The position numbers and the translations under genes are program-made. The notes beneath the pieces were generated by a model that saw only the letters and a list, made by a program, of their open reading frames with translations, was not told the DNA's origin and ran no database searches. Positions 36,429 to 46,304 of a stretch of DNA of 64,000 bases are shown here, in pieces. The stretch is from positions 2,709,853-2,773,852 of the forward strand of contig OZ240207.1 in NCBI GenBank assembly GCA_965197415.1, written 5' to 3'. Every line of letters begins with the position of its first letter. Position 1 is the stretch's first letter. The DNA comes from Dehalococcoidia bacterium. Its GTDB lineage: Bacteria > Chloroflexota > Dehalococcoidia > Lucifugimonadales > JAGWBF01.

Positions 36429-36586
36429 GTACAATGGGAGGGCGCCCGCGCCTGACCTTGCCAGGCCTATAGCCCCGTGCTACCATTCCGACCTGACGGG
36501 TGTTCCATCATTTCCCATTCCTTGACATCCGACGGCACAGAACCCTAACGTCAAACCGCTGGCATCGACCGATATAGTCAACACGG

Positions 36587-36808
36587 AGGACTGGTGACAG
36601 CCCCAAGCGTTCCCATCGTCTATTCCATTGAGGGTTGAAGCGTCAGCGATAAGCTGCGCGAGTCGTGGGCTCGCCAGGGAATCGTGTACGAGGAGCGTCG
36701 TGTGGACTTGGAACAGAAGTGGCTGGACGAGCTGCTTGAGTTCTCCGACGTCTCCCCCACCATCGTCTATCCTGATGGACGCATCGAAATCGGGTTCGAA
36801 GGTGAGGC
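36587..36808 (+). CDS. glutaredoxin/NrdH-like protein with an in-frame TGA at the active-site position (candidate selenoprotein, U-S-V-S motif)
   Basis: GGAGG (36578-36582) precedes the GTG at 36587. The translation is VTAPSVPIVYSIEG-[TGA 36629]-SVSDKLREWLARQGIVYEERRVDLEQKWLDELLEFSDVSPTIVYPDGRIEIGFEGEAG*. It aligns without gaps to the NrdH/Grx fold, with the TGA on the first Cys of CxxC. It is absent from the ORF track because of the TGA. Confidence 0.5.
36647..36670 (+). promoter_or_regulatory. SECIS-like hairpin 15 nt downstream of the in-frame TGA
   Basis: The structure is ctg[c]gcgag-tcgtggg-ctcgccag: 8 bp with one bulged C and a G-rich 7-nt loop. The distance from the TGA to the loop is 24 nt. 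Confidence 0.4.
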
Positions 36809-36899
36809 GGGTTGAGCCCTTGCGTAGGGCGGCGTGACCGCCCGGCGCTTGATGGGACACACTTCCGGCTGCCTGCCGGTTGTATAGGAGGGTAGTTCA

Positions 36900-37493
36900 A
36901 TGACAGACCGCACTAGCGTCGTGACCACCGAGAGGTTTGACAGCGGCTACAACTATGAGGAGTACGTGGACCAGGCGGTCAAAGTAAACAAAGACTGGTT
37001 CACGCAGCTTTACGACGACTTCCAAATAGACCCGGACGACGCCAGTTTCTTCAAAGAAGTCTCGGCCAGACCCGACGGCCCGGCCAAGATGATGGTCATA
37101 GGCGAGGACTGGTGCCCCGACGTATACAGGGGCATGCCCACCGTAGCCCGCATCGCCGAGGCCGGCGGCATGGACATGCGCATCTTCCCAAGAGACTCCC
37201 ACAAGGACATCATGGCCGAGTTCCTCAAGGACGGCCTCTATGAGTCCATCCCCGCGGTGGTCTTCTACACCAGCGGCCACGACTACATCTGCCACTGGAT
37301 TGAACGCCCAGAACTGGCCGACAAGGAGATGGCAGAGACAAACCGCCAGATCAAGGAAGAGATGCCCGACGCCACGGAAGTTCAGCAGCGAGCGGCGGCA
37401 AGGCCTCGGAACCAGGAGAGGTTCCCAGTGTGGCAGAGAGAGTCGGTCAAGGAGATCAGAGAACTGCTGGCCGAAAAGCTGGGTCTGATTTGA
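36900..37493 (+). CDS. thioredoxin-fold protein (Thioredoxin_9-like) with a single-Cys WCPDV site
   Basis: The segment MMVIGEDWCPDVYRGMP and the cis-Pro region (SIPAVVFY) are present. AGGAGGG RBS. Confidence 0.7.
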   Translation: MTDRTSVVTTERFDSGYNYEEYVDQAVKVNKDWFTQLYDDFQIDPDDASFFKEVSARPDGPAKMMVIGEDWCPDVYRGMPTVARIAEAGGMDMRIFPRDSHKDIMAEFLKDGLYESIPAVVFYTSGHDYICHWIERPELADKEMAETNRQIKEEMPDATEVQQRAAARPRNQERFPVWQRESVKEIRELLAEKLGLI

Positions 37494-37798
37494 CGGTAAG
37501 CAGAACCACGGTCGAGTTGGCAGTGGCGATATAGGGCCGGGCTGATCAAACAACCCCGGAGGCTTCAGGGTCTGTGGACTGGCTGTAATCCACGACATAG
37601 TCCTGCCAGCAGTCGACTGCTGGCGATTCCGTCGACAGGGCGTTGGTTGGCGGGTTCTTAGCACAGACGGGCCTCCATTCCCAACAGGCCGGGGGCTCTT
37701 GGGCCTTACGACGCTCACACTCCCGTAGAAACCCTAGTCCCATTACGCTTTTGTGGGCGCTTGACATGTCGTCATGTCTAGTTTATTTTACAAACTAG

Positions 37799-38461
37799 TT
37801 GGCGACACAGAACAAGGAGGGTGACATGCATGGCCAGGAAGGCGAGGGGCACAGGATTACACCTGAAGAAGGATGGGAGTCCATACATGCGACTCTGGAC
37901 AGATCCAGAAGCTCGATGTACGTAGCGGGATGGCAGTCAATCATGTTGATGTGGGGCTCAATCGTGGCCGTGGGGTACCTTTCGCAGTACGCCGTGGGGT
38001 TGCTGGCGCCCGCGTTCGCCGAGGACTACCCGTGGTTTCCCGGACCCCTCTGGGGCGCACTGGGAGTCGTAGGCATGGCAGCAAGTTCCCTTATTGGGTA
38101 TCGTGCCAGCCGCCAAAACGCCACGGGCGCCGCCGCCACCATCGCAGGGCTGCGGGTATTCTTTTTCTGGATGTCAGTGGTGGCAGCCGCTTTCGTGATT
38201 CCCACGGCCTCGGGGATGTGGACAGCAGAGGCTGACGGCCGGGCCATCGGTGGAGTTGCAGTCGGCGTTGTGGCGCTGGGGTACATCCTCTTCGGCATTA
38301 TGCACCATGTGGCGATTGCTCTCGTGGGACTGGGCATCGCCGCGGCGTTCTACATCCCCTCCTACTTCGCAGGTGACGTCGCTCCCGTGGTGTCTGCGCT
38401 CCTCATCCTGGCCGTCGTTGCCGTCGCATGGAGCTGGATCCGCAAGAGTGGTGTGGCGTGA
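37799..38461 (+). CDS. hypothetical polytopic membrane protein
   Basis: Five to six hydrophobic helices are predicted. The stop overlaps the start of the downstream wHTH gene (GTGA). An alternative ATG lies at 37826. Confidence 0.55.
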   Translation: MATQNKEGDMHGQEGEGHRITPEEGWESIHATLDRSRSSMYVAGWQSIMLMWGSIVAVGYLSQYAVGLLAPAFAEDYPWFPGPLWGALGVVGMAASSLIGYRASRQNATGAAATIAGLRVFFFWMSVVAAAFVIPTASGMWTAEADGRAIGGVAVGVVALGYILFGIMHHVAIALVGLGIAAAFYIPSYFAGDVAPVVSALLILAVVAVAWSWIRKSGVA

Positions 38462-38769
38462 GCGACGACCCCATCGTCTTCAACGAGACCATCCACCAGT
38501 CGACGCGGCTGCGCATAATGACGCTCCTAGCGTCCCAGTCCGGGTCGGACCGGGTGGCGTATGGCTTCATCCAGAGGGCGTTGGGCTTGACTGGCGGCAA
38601 CCTCACGGTTCACTTACGCAAGCTTGAAGAGGCTGGATACGTGGCCACCACCAAGGAGTTTGTCAACGCCAAGCCGCGCACATGGGTGCAGGCCACTCCT
38701 GACGGTCGCCGCGAGTACACTAAGCATCTCTCGAACCTGGAACGCGCCCTCAAGGTGCCCCTACGGTGA
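38458..38769 (+). CDS. winged-helix transcriptional regulator (HTH_34/ArsR-like)
   Basis: The segment IHQSTRLRIMTLLAS...GNLTVHLRKLEEAGYV...KPRTWVQATPDGRREY matches this family. The GTG at 38458 overlaps the upstream stop. Confidence 0.75.
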   Translation: MSDDPIVFNETIHQSTRLRIMTLLASQSGSDRVAYGFIQRALGLTGGNLTVHLRKLEEAGYVATTKEFVNAKPRTWVQATPDGRREYTKHLSNLERALKVPLR

Positions 38770-38906
38770 CCGCCTCTCACGGCGGATAGCATGCTGTGGC
38801 AGAAGGGTGTGTGCATCGGGCCAGCGGGACGTAAGATGGAGCACTCCGGAAGTCCCGCGCGCTTCAGTCTAAGTTAGGCCGGGAAAAGTGGGTCTATAGG
38901 GGCCCA

Positions 38907-40109
38907 TCACCCGACGGCTTTGCTCTGGAATAGAGTTTCCGTCTCCTCATCCGAGTAGCCAAGCTCCCCTAGAATGTCCCGCGTGTGCTCTCCCAGGAGG
39001 GGATGATACTGGCGTTCGGGCGTTGCGGGAGTCCCGAAGAATTTGACAGGCGCTCCAAAGCTCTTCACCGTGCCGGCCGCCGGGTGCTGCACCTCGGCTA
39101 TCAGGTCGTTCTCCCACACGTCCACGTCGTCGAACATGTCGGCGTAGTCCCTCACCGGCACGACCCATTGGCCGTTCTCTCTCAGTATCTCGACCCATTC
39201 ATCCTGGTCTCTCGTTATGAATATGTCTTCAAGGAGCGAGGTCAGTTCTTCACGGTTCTCTCTCCTGCGATGCTGGTTATCGAACCTTGGATCGGTGAGC
39301 AGGTCCGGACGTTCTACAGCCGCGCAGAAGCCCGTCCAGTCCCTGTCCCGGTAGTTGGAGATGGCGATTTCCTTGCCGTCTCTGCACGTCCACAGGCCGT
39401 AGGGCGGCGGAAGGTACGACCTCATGCCCCGCTTCACGGGGAGGTCGTAGGTGCCCAGGTAGTGGCCGATAGTGGCAGGTTGAAGGGCCAGTGAACCGGC
39501 CAGCAATGAAGTGCTCAACTCCTGTCCCTCTCCCGTGCGGTCCCGGTTGTAGAGGGCGCTGACCACTCCGAACGCCATGAGCATCCCGGCCGCCGAGTCT
39601 CCCAGCATCGTGCCGATGGGCGTGTTGGCCCGGTCGGGATACCCGCTGAGGCTGAGAATTCCGCTCATGGCCTGCACCTGCATGTCCTGGCCGGGCAGGT
39701 CTTTATAGGGGCCCTTGTCGCCGAATCCGGTGATGGCCCCGTATATCAGCATCGGGTTGACCTTCTTCAGGTCGCTGTAGTCCAGGGCCAGGCTGGCCAT
39801 GGTATTGCGGCGCAAGTTGTGGAGGAACACGTCGGAAGCCTCCACCAGCTTGTACATCACGCCCTTTCCCTCTTCCTTGGCCAGGTCTAGGCACATGCTC
39901 CGCTTGCTCCGGTTCCTGGACAGGAACGTATACGACACGTTCCCCACCTTGGAGAAAGGAGCTCCTTCCCTCGACCGGTCTCCCTTGCCTATGGCCTCCA
40001 CCTTAACCACGTCGGCGCCCAGGTCACCCAGCAACTGGGTGCAAAGGGGTGTGGAAAGCATGTGGGCGACCTCTATGACCTTCACGCCATGAAGGGGACC
40101 GCAAGACAT
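38907..40109 (-). CDS. family III CoA-transferase (CaiB/BaiF)
   Basis: The N-terminus GVKVIEVAHMLSTPLCTQLLGDLGADVVKVE and the 400-aa length fit the family. Confidence 0.9.
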   Translation of the reverse strand: MSCGPLHGVKVIEVAHMLSTPLCTQLLGDLGADVVKVEAIGKGDRSREGAPFSKVGNVSYTFLSRNRSKRSMCLDLAKEEGKGVMYKLVEASDVFLHNLRRNTMASLALDYSDLKKVNPMLIYGAITGFGDKGPYKDLPGQDMQVQAMSGILSLSGYPDRANTPIGTMLGDSAAGMLMAFGVVSALYNRDRTGEGQELSTSLLAGSLALQPATIGHYLGTYDLPVKRGMRSYLPPPYGLWTCRDGKEIAISNYRDRDWTGFCAAVERPDLLTDPRFDNQHRRRENREELTSLLEDIFITRDQDEWVEILRENGQWVVPVRDYADMFDDVDVWENDLIAEVQHPAAGTVKSFGAPVKFFGTPATPERQYHPLLGEHTRDILGELGYSDEETETLFQSKAVG

Positions 40110-40393
40110 GGGCTACGCTCCTAAACCGTATTGTGCTGCCCGATTTTAGCACAAGGCGGCGTATGCATGATTTGAATCCATTCCATGCTTAGAGCTTGCT
40201 GATTTTCCTGTAGTCCTGAACGCAGCCCAACACACCATAGTTGTTGCCATGCCATCACCACGAAAAACGGCTGTCTAACTACCCCTTCCCCTTCTGGAGG
40301 AAGGCCAGCATGAGCCTCTCTTTGGAACCCAGGCCCTTCCGTCAGAATGAAAGGACAGGCGGGGTCGTGTTACAATGTGTGCAAGGCTGGATA

Positions 40394-40762
40394 ATGACCA
40401 CAACGGTGACATATCGCGACGCTAGCCGCCATCTGCAGGCCCAGGCAGAAGCAGAGTACGCCGCCCGGGACTTGCGTCAGGCGTCTGAAAAGGGCTGGGG
40501 TTCCGCGGCCCAAATAGTCAAAGCCCTATGCGCGGACCGAGGGTGGAGGCACGACCATCACGCGTTGCTATTCGAGGCGGTGAGGACCCTGCGCGTCGAA
40601 ACGGGCGACGAGGAGCTGTATGTGTTGTTCAGTGTAGCCCACAACCAGCATATCAACTTCTACGAGAACTGGCTGGACGACTGGGAAGTCTGTAGGGACC
40701 TAGACGAGGTTCGGCGGTTCGTCGACAAGGTGGAAACCCTCCTGAATGTCGAAACGCCCTAG
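40394..40762 (+). CDS. PaREP1-like (HEPN-superfamily) protein
   Basis: The pattern RQASEKGWGSAAQIVKAL...RGWRHDHHALLFEAV...ETGDEEL...HINFYENWL matches my recollection of the PaREP1 family. The ATG at 40394 is preferred over the upstream ORF extension. Confidence 0.5.
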   Translation: MTTTVTYRDASRHLQAQAEAEYAARDLRQASEKGWGSAAQIVKALCADRGWRHDHHALLFEAVRTLRVETGDEELYVLFSVAHNQHINFYENWLDDWEVCRDLDEVRRFVDKVETLLNVETP

Positions 40763-40860
40763 CCTAGTTTACGCCTATCTCAATCCTCTCGTTTCTAAGA
40801 CAAGAAGTGTTACAAAGGTTAACAAAGGGGAAGGGACGTGGCCCCGGTGGCCCCGGCGCT

Positions 40861-42876
40861 CTATGAGGCCTGTCTAACTGCAAGGCTGTAGTGGGCCCGC
40901 TCGATGGCGGCGGGAGCCATAGCCGCCACTACAATGACAAGCTCGTCCAGGTCTTCCAAGCGGGACACGTCCAGACTTCCCCGGTTGGCATCGTCCAGGT
41001 CCATCTTGGTGACTTTAGTCTCGGCTCCTGTCTCAATCGCATAGACCGCAAAGCTTTGCGGGACACGGTTGTCCGTCAATGCAAACCCCTGGGTCTCCCA
41101 ACCGTTGTGTCCCTGATTTCCGTCATCGTAGAACCCAATCTGAGGCACGGCCACATCATCGACGCATAACCCGATGCCGTTCAGCGCAGCGTCGGTGACG
41201 TAGTGGAACCGGAGAAGGACTTGTTTTCCGGCATAGGCCCCTAGGTCCACGGTTTCGTCGAGCCACCGGCCGCTGAAGCCGGTGTACCCGGGTCCAAAAC
41301 TGTTCCCCACAGGATTGGCGGGAGAGGTACCGGGCGCCTCGATGATGTCCCAGGTCTTGCCGTCGTCAGTTGAGACCTGGAGGTACCCGTAGTCCCAGCC
41401 TTCCTCTATCCCGAACCACACACGATATTCTAGCGTCGCCTCATCCACACCGGAGAGGTCGAGGCTCCGAGTCAGGGTGGAACTTATGGAATCGCCCCGG
41501 TTGCTCCACCAGCAGCTGACCTCAGGGTCATTGACGGCCAGAAGGGAAGCGTGTTGTTCTCCATCAAAGTCTATGGTCACATCTCCGCGGGTTATGTCCA
41601 CTTCAAAATACTCGGCGGCGTATTGGGGCAGGCTCGACTCGAACCCTTCGTACTCGTTGATTCTCCGTGGCCTGTGAGGCTCGAAGTCGTCTTGCGGATA
41701 GCCGTACTTCCCATCGGCCAGGTCCAGGTAATTCGCGACGGTCCAATCGCCGAATATCTCGTCGAAGGTCTCCGCATATCCCAGGTCCGTGAGATAAGCG
41801 TTGATGCCGTCGATTCCGTCCAGGGGTTGCGTCATCAAGGGCCGCAAGTCTCCCTGGGAATAGTGGGAAACAAAGTACCGGAAGAAGAGGAACCCGGCGG
41901 CGTAGTATACCGTTCGACCTCCAGACACCGGCCAGTTGACCAGCGAGGCCGTGGGGTTGCCCAGACGAGCAGGTTGATGTCCCGTACGGAAGCCCGCTTC
42001 CTGAGCAGCGTACTCCGCCAACCCCTCAGCGACCCACGTCTCCTCCGACGGGTCGGCGTTCCACAGGACAGCGTGGTGCAGCTCGTGGGCTAGTACACCC
42101 GAGTGTCCCCTGGAACCTACTGGGATGGAGCCGGATATATAGACCATTTCCCTCTGGTTGCTGAACTGGTGGACGAACGTGGGGTACTCATCCATAGAGC
42201 TGTAGTAACCGCCGAGTCCGGGGATGTTGGCGGTGAGTATGGTCATCCTGGGGTCGTTGTCCACTCCCGGGACCCACTCGGTACCGAATGCCGAAGTGAT
42301 TTTCGGGTAGGTTGACTCTTCGAACTCCCTCGCCGCCCGCTCCAAGTCTTCATCCGACACTCCCAGACGGTTCTCCACGTACCAGTAGGCGTGGTCGGAC
42401 ACCAGCCTCAGGGTGGCGTCTATGCTGAAGACGTCTTTTGAAATAGCGTCCGTGACCCAGAAGGAGTCCACCCTTCCCTGCTCCAAGCTTACGGGCTCCG
42501 GGTTGACCACCCTGGGAATCTCGCTGTCGATCTTGAACAAAGACCGAGCCAGCTCGTACAGATCGCGTTCAGGTGGAATGGGGAAGGAGGCGGTTGACGG
42601 CGCCGCCAAGGTCGGTTCCGGGGTGCGCTCCGGAGCAATCGACGGCGCGGCGGTCGGAGGCAGCGACGCCGTGGGCGTCGGCCCATCGGTTGGCGCCAGT
42701 GTCGGAGTGTCCGCTACAGTAGGAGTTGGTCCAGCGGACTCGGGGGTTGGAGTCGGCGCTGCGGTTAGAGTCCTGCCGGATTCGCAGCCGACCAGGAAAA
42801 TCGCAGCGACAGCAGCCACCGACAGTGCGAGATTTCGGGTCGTACGCCCCCACGAAGGGAGGAGCATTCTACCCAC
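40861..42876 (-). CDS. secreted/lipoprotein zinc metalloprotease (HExxH) with an immune-inhibitor-A-like C-terminal domain
   Basis: The protein has a signal peptide with LVGC, a Pro/Thr-rich linker and HELHHAVLW...EGLAEY. The C-terminus reads WDYGYLQVSTDDGKTW...AGKQVLLRFHYVTD. The start is GTG 42876 or ATG 42867. Confidence 0.75.
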   Translation of the reverse strand: MGRMLLPSWGRTTRNLALSVAAVAAIFLVGCESGRTLTAAPTPTPESAGPTPTVADTPTLAPTDGPTPTASLPPTAAPSIAPERTPEPTLAAPSTASFPIPPERDLYELARSLFKIDSEIPRVVNPEPVSLEQGRVDSFWVTDAISKDVFSIDATLRLVSDHAYWYVENRLGVSDEDLERAAREFEESTYPKITSAFGTEWVPGVDNDPRMTILTANIPGLGGYYSSMDEYPTFVHQFSNQREMVYISGSIPVGSRGHSGVLAHELHHAVLWNADPSEETWVAEGLAEYAAQEAGFRTGHQPARLGNPTASLVNWPVSGGRTVYYAAGFLFFRYFVSHYSQGDLRPLMTQPLDGIDGINAYLTDLGYAETFDEIFGDWTVANYLDLADGKYGYPQDDFEPHRPRRINEYEGFESSLPQYAAEYFEVDITRGDVTIDFDGEQHASLLAVNDPEVSCWWSNRGDSISSTLTRSLDLSGVDEATLEYRVWFGIEEGWDYGYLQVSTDDGKTWDIIEAPGTSPANPVGNSFGPGYTGFSGRWLDETVDLGAYAGKQVLLRFHYVTDAALNGIGLCVDDVAVPQIGFYDDGNQGHNGWETQGFALTDNRVPQSFAVYAIETGAETKVTKMDLDDANRGSLDVSRLEDLDELVIVVAAMAPAAIERAHYSLAVRQAS

Positions 42877-43090
42877 TGGACAGCGCTTGTTTGGAGTAAA
42901 CTTCAGAGGTTGTCTCCGTCTTATTCCTGGAAAGGTGCATCGGAGGCGCCGATGAATTTGGTCTATCGGATATGCCTAGAAAGTATATACCGAAACCCGT
43001 TAAGGTATTGTAAAGACATTAAGTGGTTACGACCGTCGCTCAAGCCAAGGCTCCTAATGGAACGGGAGACTACGACGGGAGACTCGCTCT

Positions 43091-43801
43091 ATGGTTGACC
43101 AGATGGCCTCCATGCCCATCGGCGACACGCTGATGGCGTATTACGTGAAGCTGTATGACCACTACGGCCCCCAAGGCTGGTGGCCCGGCGACGGCCCGTT
43201 GGAGACTATCGTCGGTGCCGTCCTGACCCAGTTCACTTCCTGGCGGAACGTGGAGCAGGCTCTGGACAACCTGAAAAGCGCTGGCGCCATGTCCGCACAT
43301 GCCCTGCGGGACATTCCCACGGACGAGTTGGCCTTGCTGATAAAGCCGTCGGGGGCTTTCAACCAGAAGGCCCGGCGGCTGAAGGCGTTCGTGGACCGTC
43401 TCTGGGATGTCCACGACGGAAATCTCGACGCCATGCTGTCCCAGGAACCGGAAGCTCTCCGCCAAGAGCTCCTTTCGGTCCACGGAATCGGCCCCGAGAC
43501 TGCCGATGACATCATGCTCTACGCAGCGGAACAGCCCTATTTCGTCATCGACTCTTATACCAGACGCGTCCTGGAGCGGTGGGGTGTACATCCTGACAAA
43601 CCGACGTACGATGCCTATCAACGCATTTTCCATGACAACCTGCCCCGCGACGCCCGCCTCTACAACGAGTATCATGCATTGTTCGACCGACACGCCAAGG
43701 AGCTATGCAAAACCCGCCCCGCCTGCCCCCAATGTTTTCTCAAAGAGACGTGCCCCGCAGGCGGGCGGAACAATACAGGACGACCGCACAAATTGAAATA
43801 G
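43091..43801 (+). CDS. endonuclease III-related HhH-GPD DNA glycosylase family protein
   Basis: The HhH motif (LLSVHGIGPETADDIMLYA) and the C-terminal Cys cluster (CKTRPACPQCFLKETC) are present. Confidence 0.85.
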   Translation: MVDQMASMPIGDTLMAYYVKLYDHYGPQGWWPGDGPLETIVGAVLTQFTSWRNVEQALDNLKSAGAMSAHALRDIPTDELALLIKPSGAFNQKARRLKAFVDRLWDVHDGNLDAMLSQEPEALRQELLSVHGIGPETADDIMLYAAEQPYFVIDSYTRRVLERWGVHPDKPTYDAYQRIFHDNLPRDARLYNEYHALFDRHAKELCKTRPACPQCFLKETCPAGGRNNTGRPHKLK

Positions 43802-44066
43802 GAGACTGCCTCGGCCGTTGGGTGGAGAAATCGAGGGCTACGGGGCGTGGAAACGGTTCTACAACATGGTCCCACCGCATCAGTTCGCAGACGGGCCGAC
43901 GCTGCCGTGTATATCGAAAATGCGCACCCGGAACCTTAGGCCTCCCTACGACCGTTTTATATCTACTGTACCGGCTCGCCGCCTTTACTTTACAGGCCGC
44001 CCGCCTTAGAATAGAACCATCGGGCCTAAGGGCAACGGGCCCGTTTGTCTGCTGAGTCGACGAAAA

Positions 44067-46010
44067 ATGAGAAACAGCTTCATATATCTGCTCATTATCA
44101 TCGCTGTCATTGCGATATTCTTCACCATGCTGGGAGGATTCGGCGGCACTCCCGAGATGGACTTCTCGCAGGTGTTGGAACTGGCCAAGCAGGAAAAGAT
44201 ACAGAAGATAGAAGTGGACGGTGAGAAGCTCACCGTCACTCAAGGCACAGAGAAGTTCAACAGCCGCATAGGCAAGAACACAGATATTCTGGAAGTGCTT
44301 CGTAGCGAAGGTGTGAAGACCGGGCCAGGCGGAGTTGAAATCAAGTTCAAGAGCGGCGGAGGCCTTGGGAACGTCTTTGGCATATTTCTCAATTTCCTGC
44401 CCCTCATATTCTTTGGCGCCCTGATCATCTTCATGATGCGCCAGGCCCAGGGCTCCAACAACCAGACCATGAGCTTCGGCCGCAGTCGGGCGCGCATGTT
44501 CATGGTGAACCGCCCCACGGTGACTTTCGCCGACGTCGCGGGGGTCGAGGAAGCCAAGGCCGAGCTTCAAGAGGTGGTGGAGTTCCTCAAGTTCCCCGAG
44601 AGGTTCCTTGCTCTTGGGGCCCGGATACCCAAGGGCGTTCTTCTCGTCGGACAGCCTGGCACAGGCAAGACCCTGCTTGCCAGGGCCGTTGCGGGAGAGG
44701 CGGGAGTCCCCTTCTTCTCCATCAGCGGGTCCGAGTTCGTAGAGATGTTCGTAGGGGTCGGCGCCGCCAGGGTTAGGGACCTGTTTGACCAGGCCAAGCG
44801 CAACGCGCCGTGCATCGTCTTCGTGGACGAGATAGACGCCGTGGGCCGGCACCGGGGAGCAGGTCTCGGCGGAGGCCACGACGAACGTGAGCAAACGCTC
44901 AACCAGATTTTGGTGGAGATGGACGGCTTCGACACCAACACTAACATCATCATAGTCGCGGCCACCAACCGGCCAGACATTCTGGACCCGGCTCTCCTCC
45001 GCCCCGGGCGGTTTGACAGGCGCGTGGTGCTGGACCTTCCAGACTTGAATGGGCGGGTTGCCATTCTCAAGGTGCACAGCGGCGGCAAACCGCTGGCGCT
45101 GGACCTCAGCCTCGAAACACTGGGCAAACAGACTCCCGGCTTCAGCGGCGCCGACTTGGCGAACCTGGTCAATGAAGCGGCCCTGCTGACTGCCCGGCGA
45201 AACAAGAAGCTCATCGGCATGTCGGAGTTCGGGGAGGCCATCGACCGGGTGGTAGCCGGACCGGAGAGAAGAAGCCGCCTCATCAGTGACCGCGAGCGGG
45301 AGATGACAGCCTTCCATGAAGCGGGCCACGCCCTTGTCGCGTGGAAGTTGCCTCACGCAGACCCGGTGCACAAGATATCCATTGTCGCTCGAGGGAGCAT
45401 GGGAGGCTACACTAGGTTGGTCCCCGAAGAGGACCGGTTCCTCTGGACCAGGAACCAGTTCGAAGACATGCTGGCCACAGCCCTCGGAGGCCGAATCGCC
45501 GAGGAACTCACCTTCGACGAAGTGACCACTGGCGCAAGCAACGACTTGGAGAACGCCACCAAGATATCCCTACGGATGGTCAAACAGTACGGCATGAGCC
45601 CCAGCCTGGGGCCCAGGACCTTCGGCCGCAGGGAAGAGTTGGTCTTCCTGGGGCGGGAGATTCACGAAGAGCGTGACTACAGCGACAAGGTTGCCGAGGA
45701 AATCGACCAGGAGGTCCAGCGGCTGATACAGCAGGCCTACGACACGGCCAAGGGCATACTGGTCAACAACACGGAAAAGCTGAGCGAGGTGGCCGCCTAC
45801 CTGATTGAGCACGAATCGGTAGAGGGGGACTCCCTGAAGCGGCTGTTCGACGGTCTCGACGCCAGGCCTGCGGCGCCGGAGTTCCAGCCGGCGCCCATCA
45901 TCCCTCCAACCGCCCGGACCATCCCGCTGCCGGGTTCGCCGCTGCCCAACCCCACCATGCCCAGCCAGCAGGAAGCCAACCCCGCTGACCTGAACGACCC
46001 CTCCGCATAG
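44067..46010 (+). CDS. ftsH: ATP-dependent zinc metalloprotease FtsH
   Basis: The gene has an N-terminal TM helix, Walker A (GQPGTGKT), the SRH region and the HEAGHA zinc site. Confidence 0.98.
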   Translation: MRNSFIYLLIIIAVIAIFFTMLGGFGGTPEMDFSQVLELAKQEKIQKIEVDGEKLTVTQGTEKFNSRIGKNTDILEVLRSEGVKTGPGGVEIKFKSGGGLGNVFGIFLNFLPLIFFGALIIFMMRQAQGSNNQTMSFGRSRARMFMVNRPTVTFADVAGVEEAKAELQEVVEFLKFPERFLALGARIPKGVLLVGQPGTGKTLLARAVAGEAGVPFFSISGSEFVEMFVGVGAARVRDLFDQAKRNAPCIVFVDEIDAVGRHRGAGLGGGHDEREQTLNQILVEMDGFDTNTNIIIVAATNRPDILDPALLRPGRFDRRVVLDLPDLNGRVAILKVHSGGKPLALDLSLETLGKQTPGFSGADLANLVNEAALLTARRNKKLIGMSEFGEAIDRVVAGPERRSRLISDREREMTAFHEAGHALVAWKLPHADPVHKISIVARGSMGGYTRLVPEEDRFLWTRNQFEDMLATALGGRIAEELTFDEVTTGASNDLENATKISLRMVKQYGMSPSLGPRTFGRREELVFLGREIHEERDYSDKVAEEIDQEVQRLIQQAYDTAKGILVNNTEKLSEVAAYLIEHESVEGDSLKRLFDGLDARPAAPEFQPAPIIPPTARTIPLPGSPLPNPTMPSQQEANPADLNDPSA

Positions 46011-46031
46011 GCTAAGCGGCAGACAACCGGA

Positions 46032-46304
46032 CTACTCCTCGGCCCTTTCCTCCTCATCGGACTCGATGGGAAGCTGCCTGAAGTACACGCCCCACCGCTG
46101 CATGATTTCCTTGACTCGGGTGTCTTCCAACCCCACGATCTCCCTCAGACAACCGGCAAGGGCATGGGCGGGCATCAGGTCCTGAGAGCATACCCAGCTC
46201 TTTTCGGAGGGGACCACGTACAGCAGCCCGCTTTGGTGCATGCAACTCATCTGCACCCGGCTCATCCCTTCGCCCGTCTTCGCAATTAACCCGTAGTCGG
46301 ACAC
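46032..46304 (-). CDS. hypothetical small protein
   Basis: This 90-aa ORF has a GTG start preceded by GGGAGGA. I recognise no motif. It is convergent with ftsH. Confidence 0.4.
   Translation of the reverse strand: MSDYGLIAKTGEGMSRVQMSCMHQSGLLYVVPSEKSWVCSQDLMPAHALAGCLREIVGLEDTRVKEIMQRWGVYFRQLPIESDEEERAEE

Noticed and set aside
36629-36631. Possibility that TGA is globally reassigned (Trp or Gly) in this organism
   Set aside because: Several well-defined genes here terminate at TGA at the position expected from homology, for example vapB at 21640-21642 and the membrane protein at 38459-38461. The GC content is also high, unlike known TGA-recoding lineages.
36480-36900. Minus-strand ORFs (36480-36860 and 36643-36900) and the plus-strand ORF 36628-36837 in the gap after the TreT-like gene
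   Set aside because: None has a recognisable fold or an RBS. The frame containing the in-frame TGA gives a clean glutaredoxin-fold alignment and explains the region better.
40241-40393. An upstream extension of the PaREP1-like ORF
   Set aside because: It overlaps a REP-like hairpin and gives a non-conserved, His/Pro-rich peptide. The family-like sequence begins after the ATG at 40394.
43740-45371. A 543-aa ORF antisense to ftsH
   Set aside because: FtsH on the plus strand is unambiguous. The antisense product has no recognisable domain and a skewed composition.
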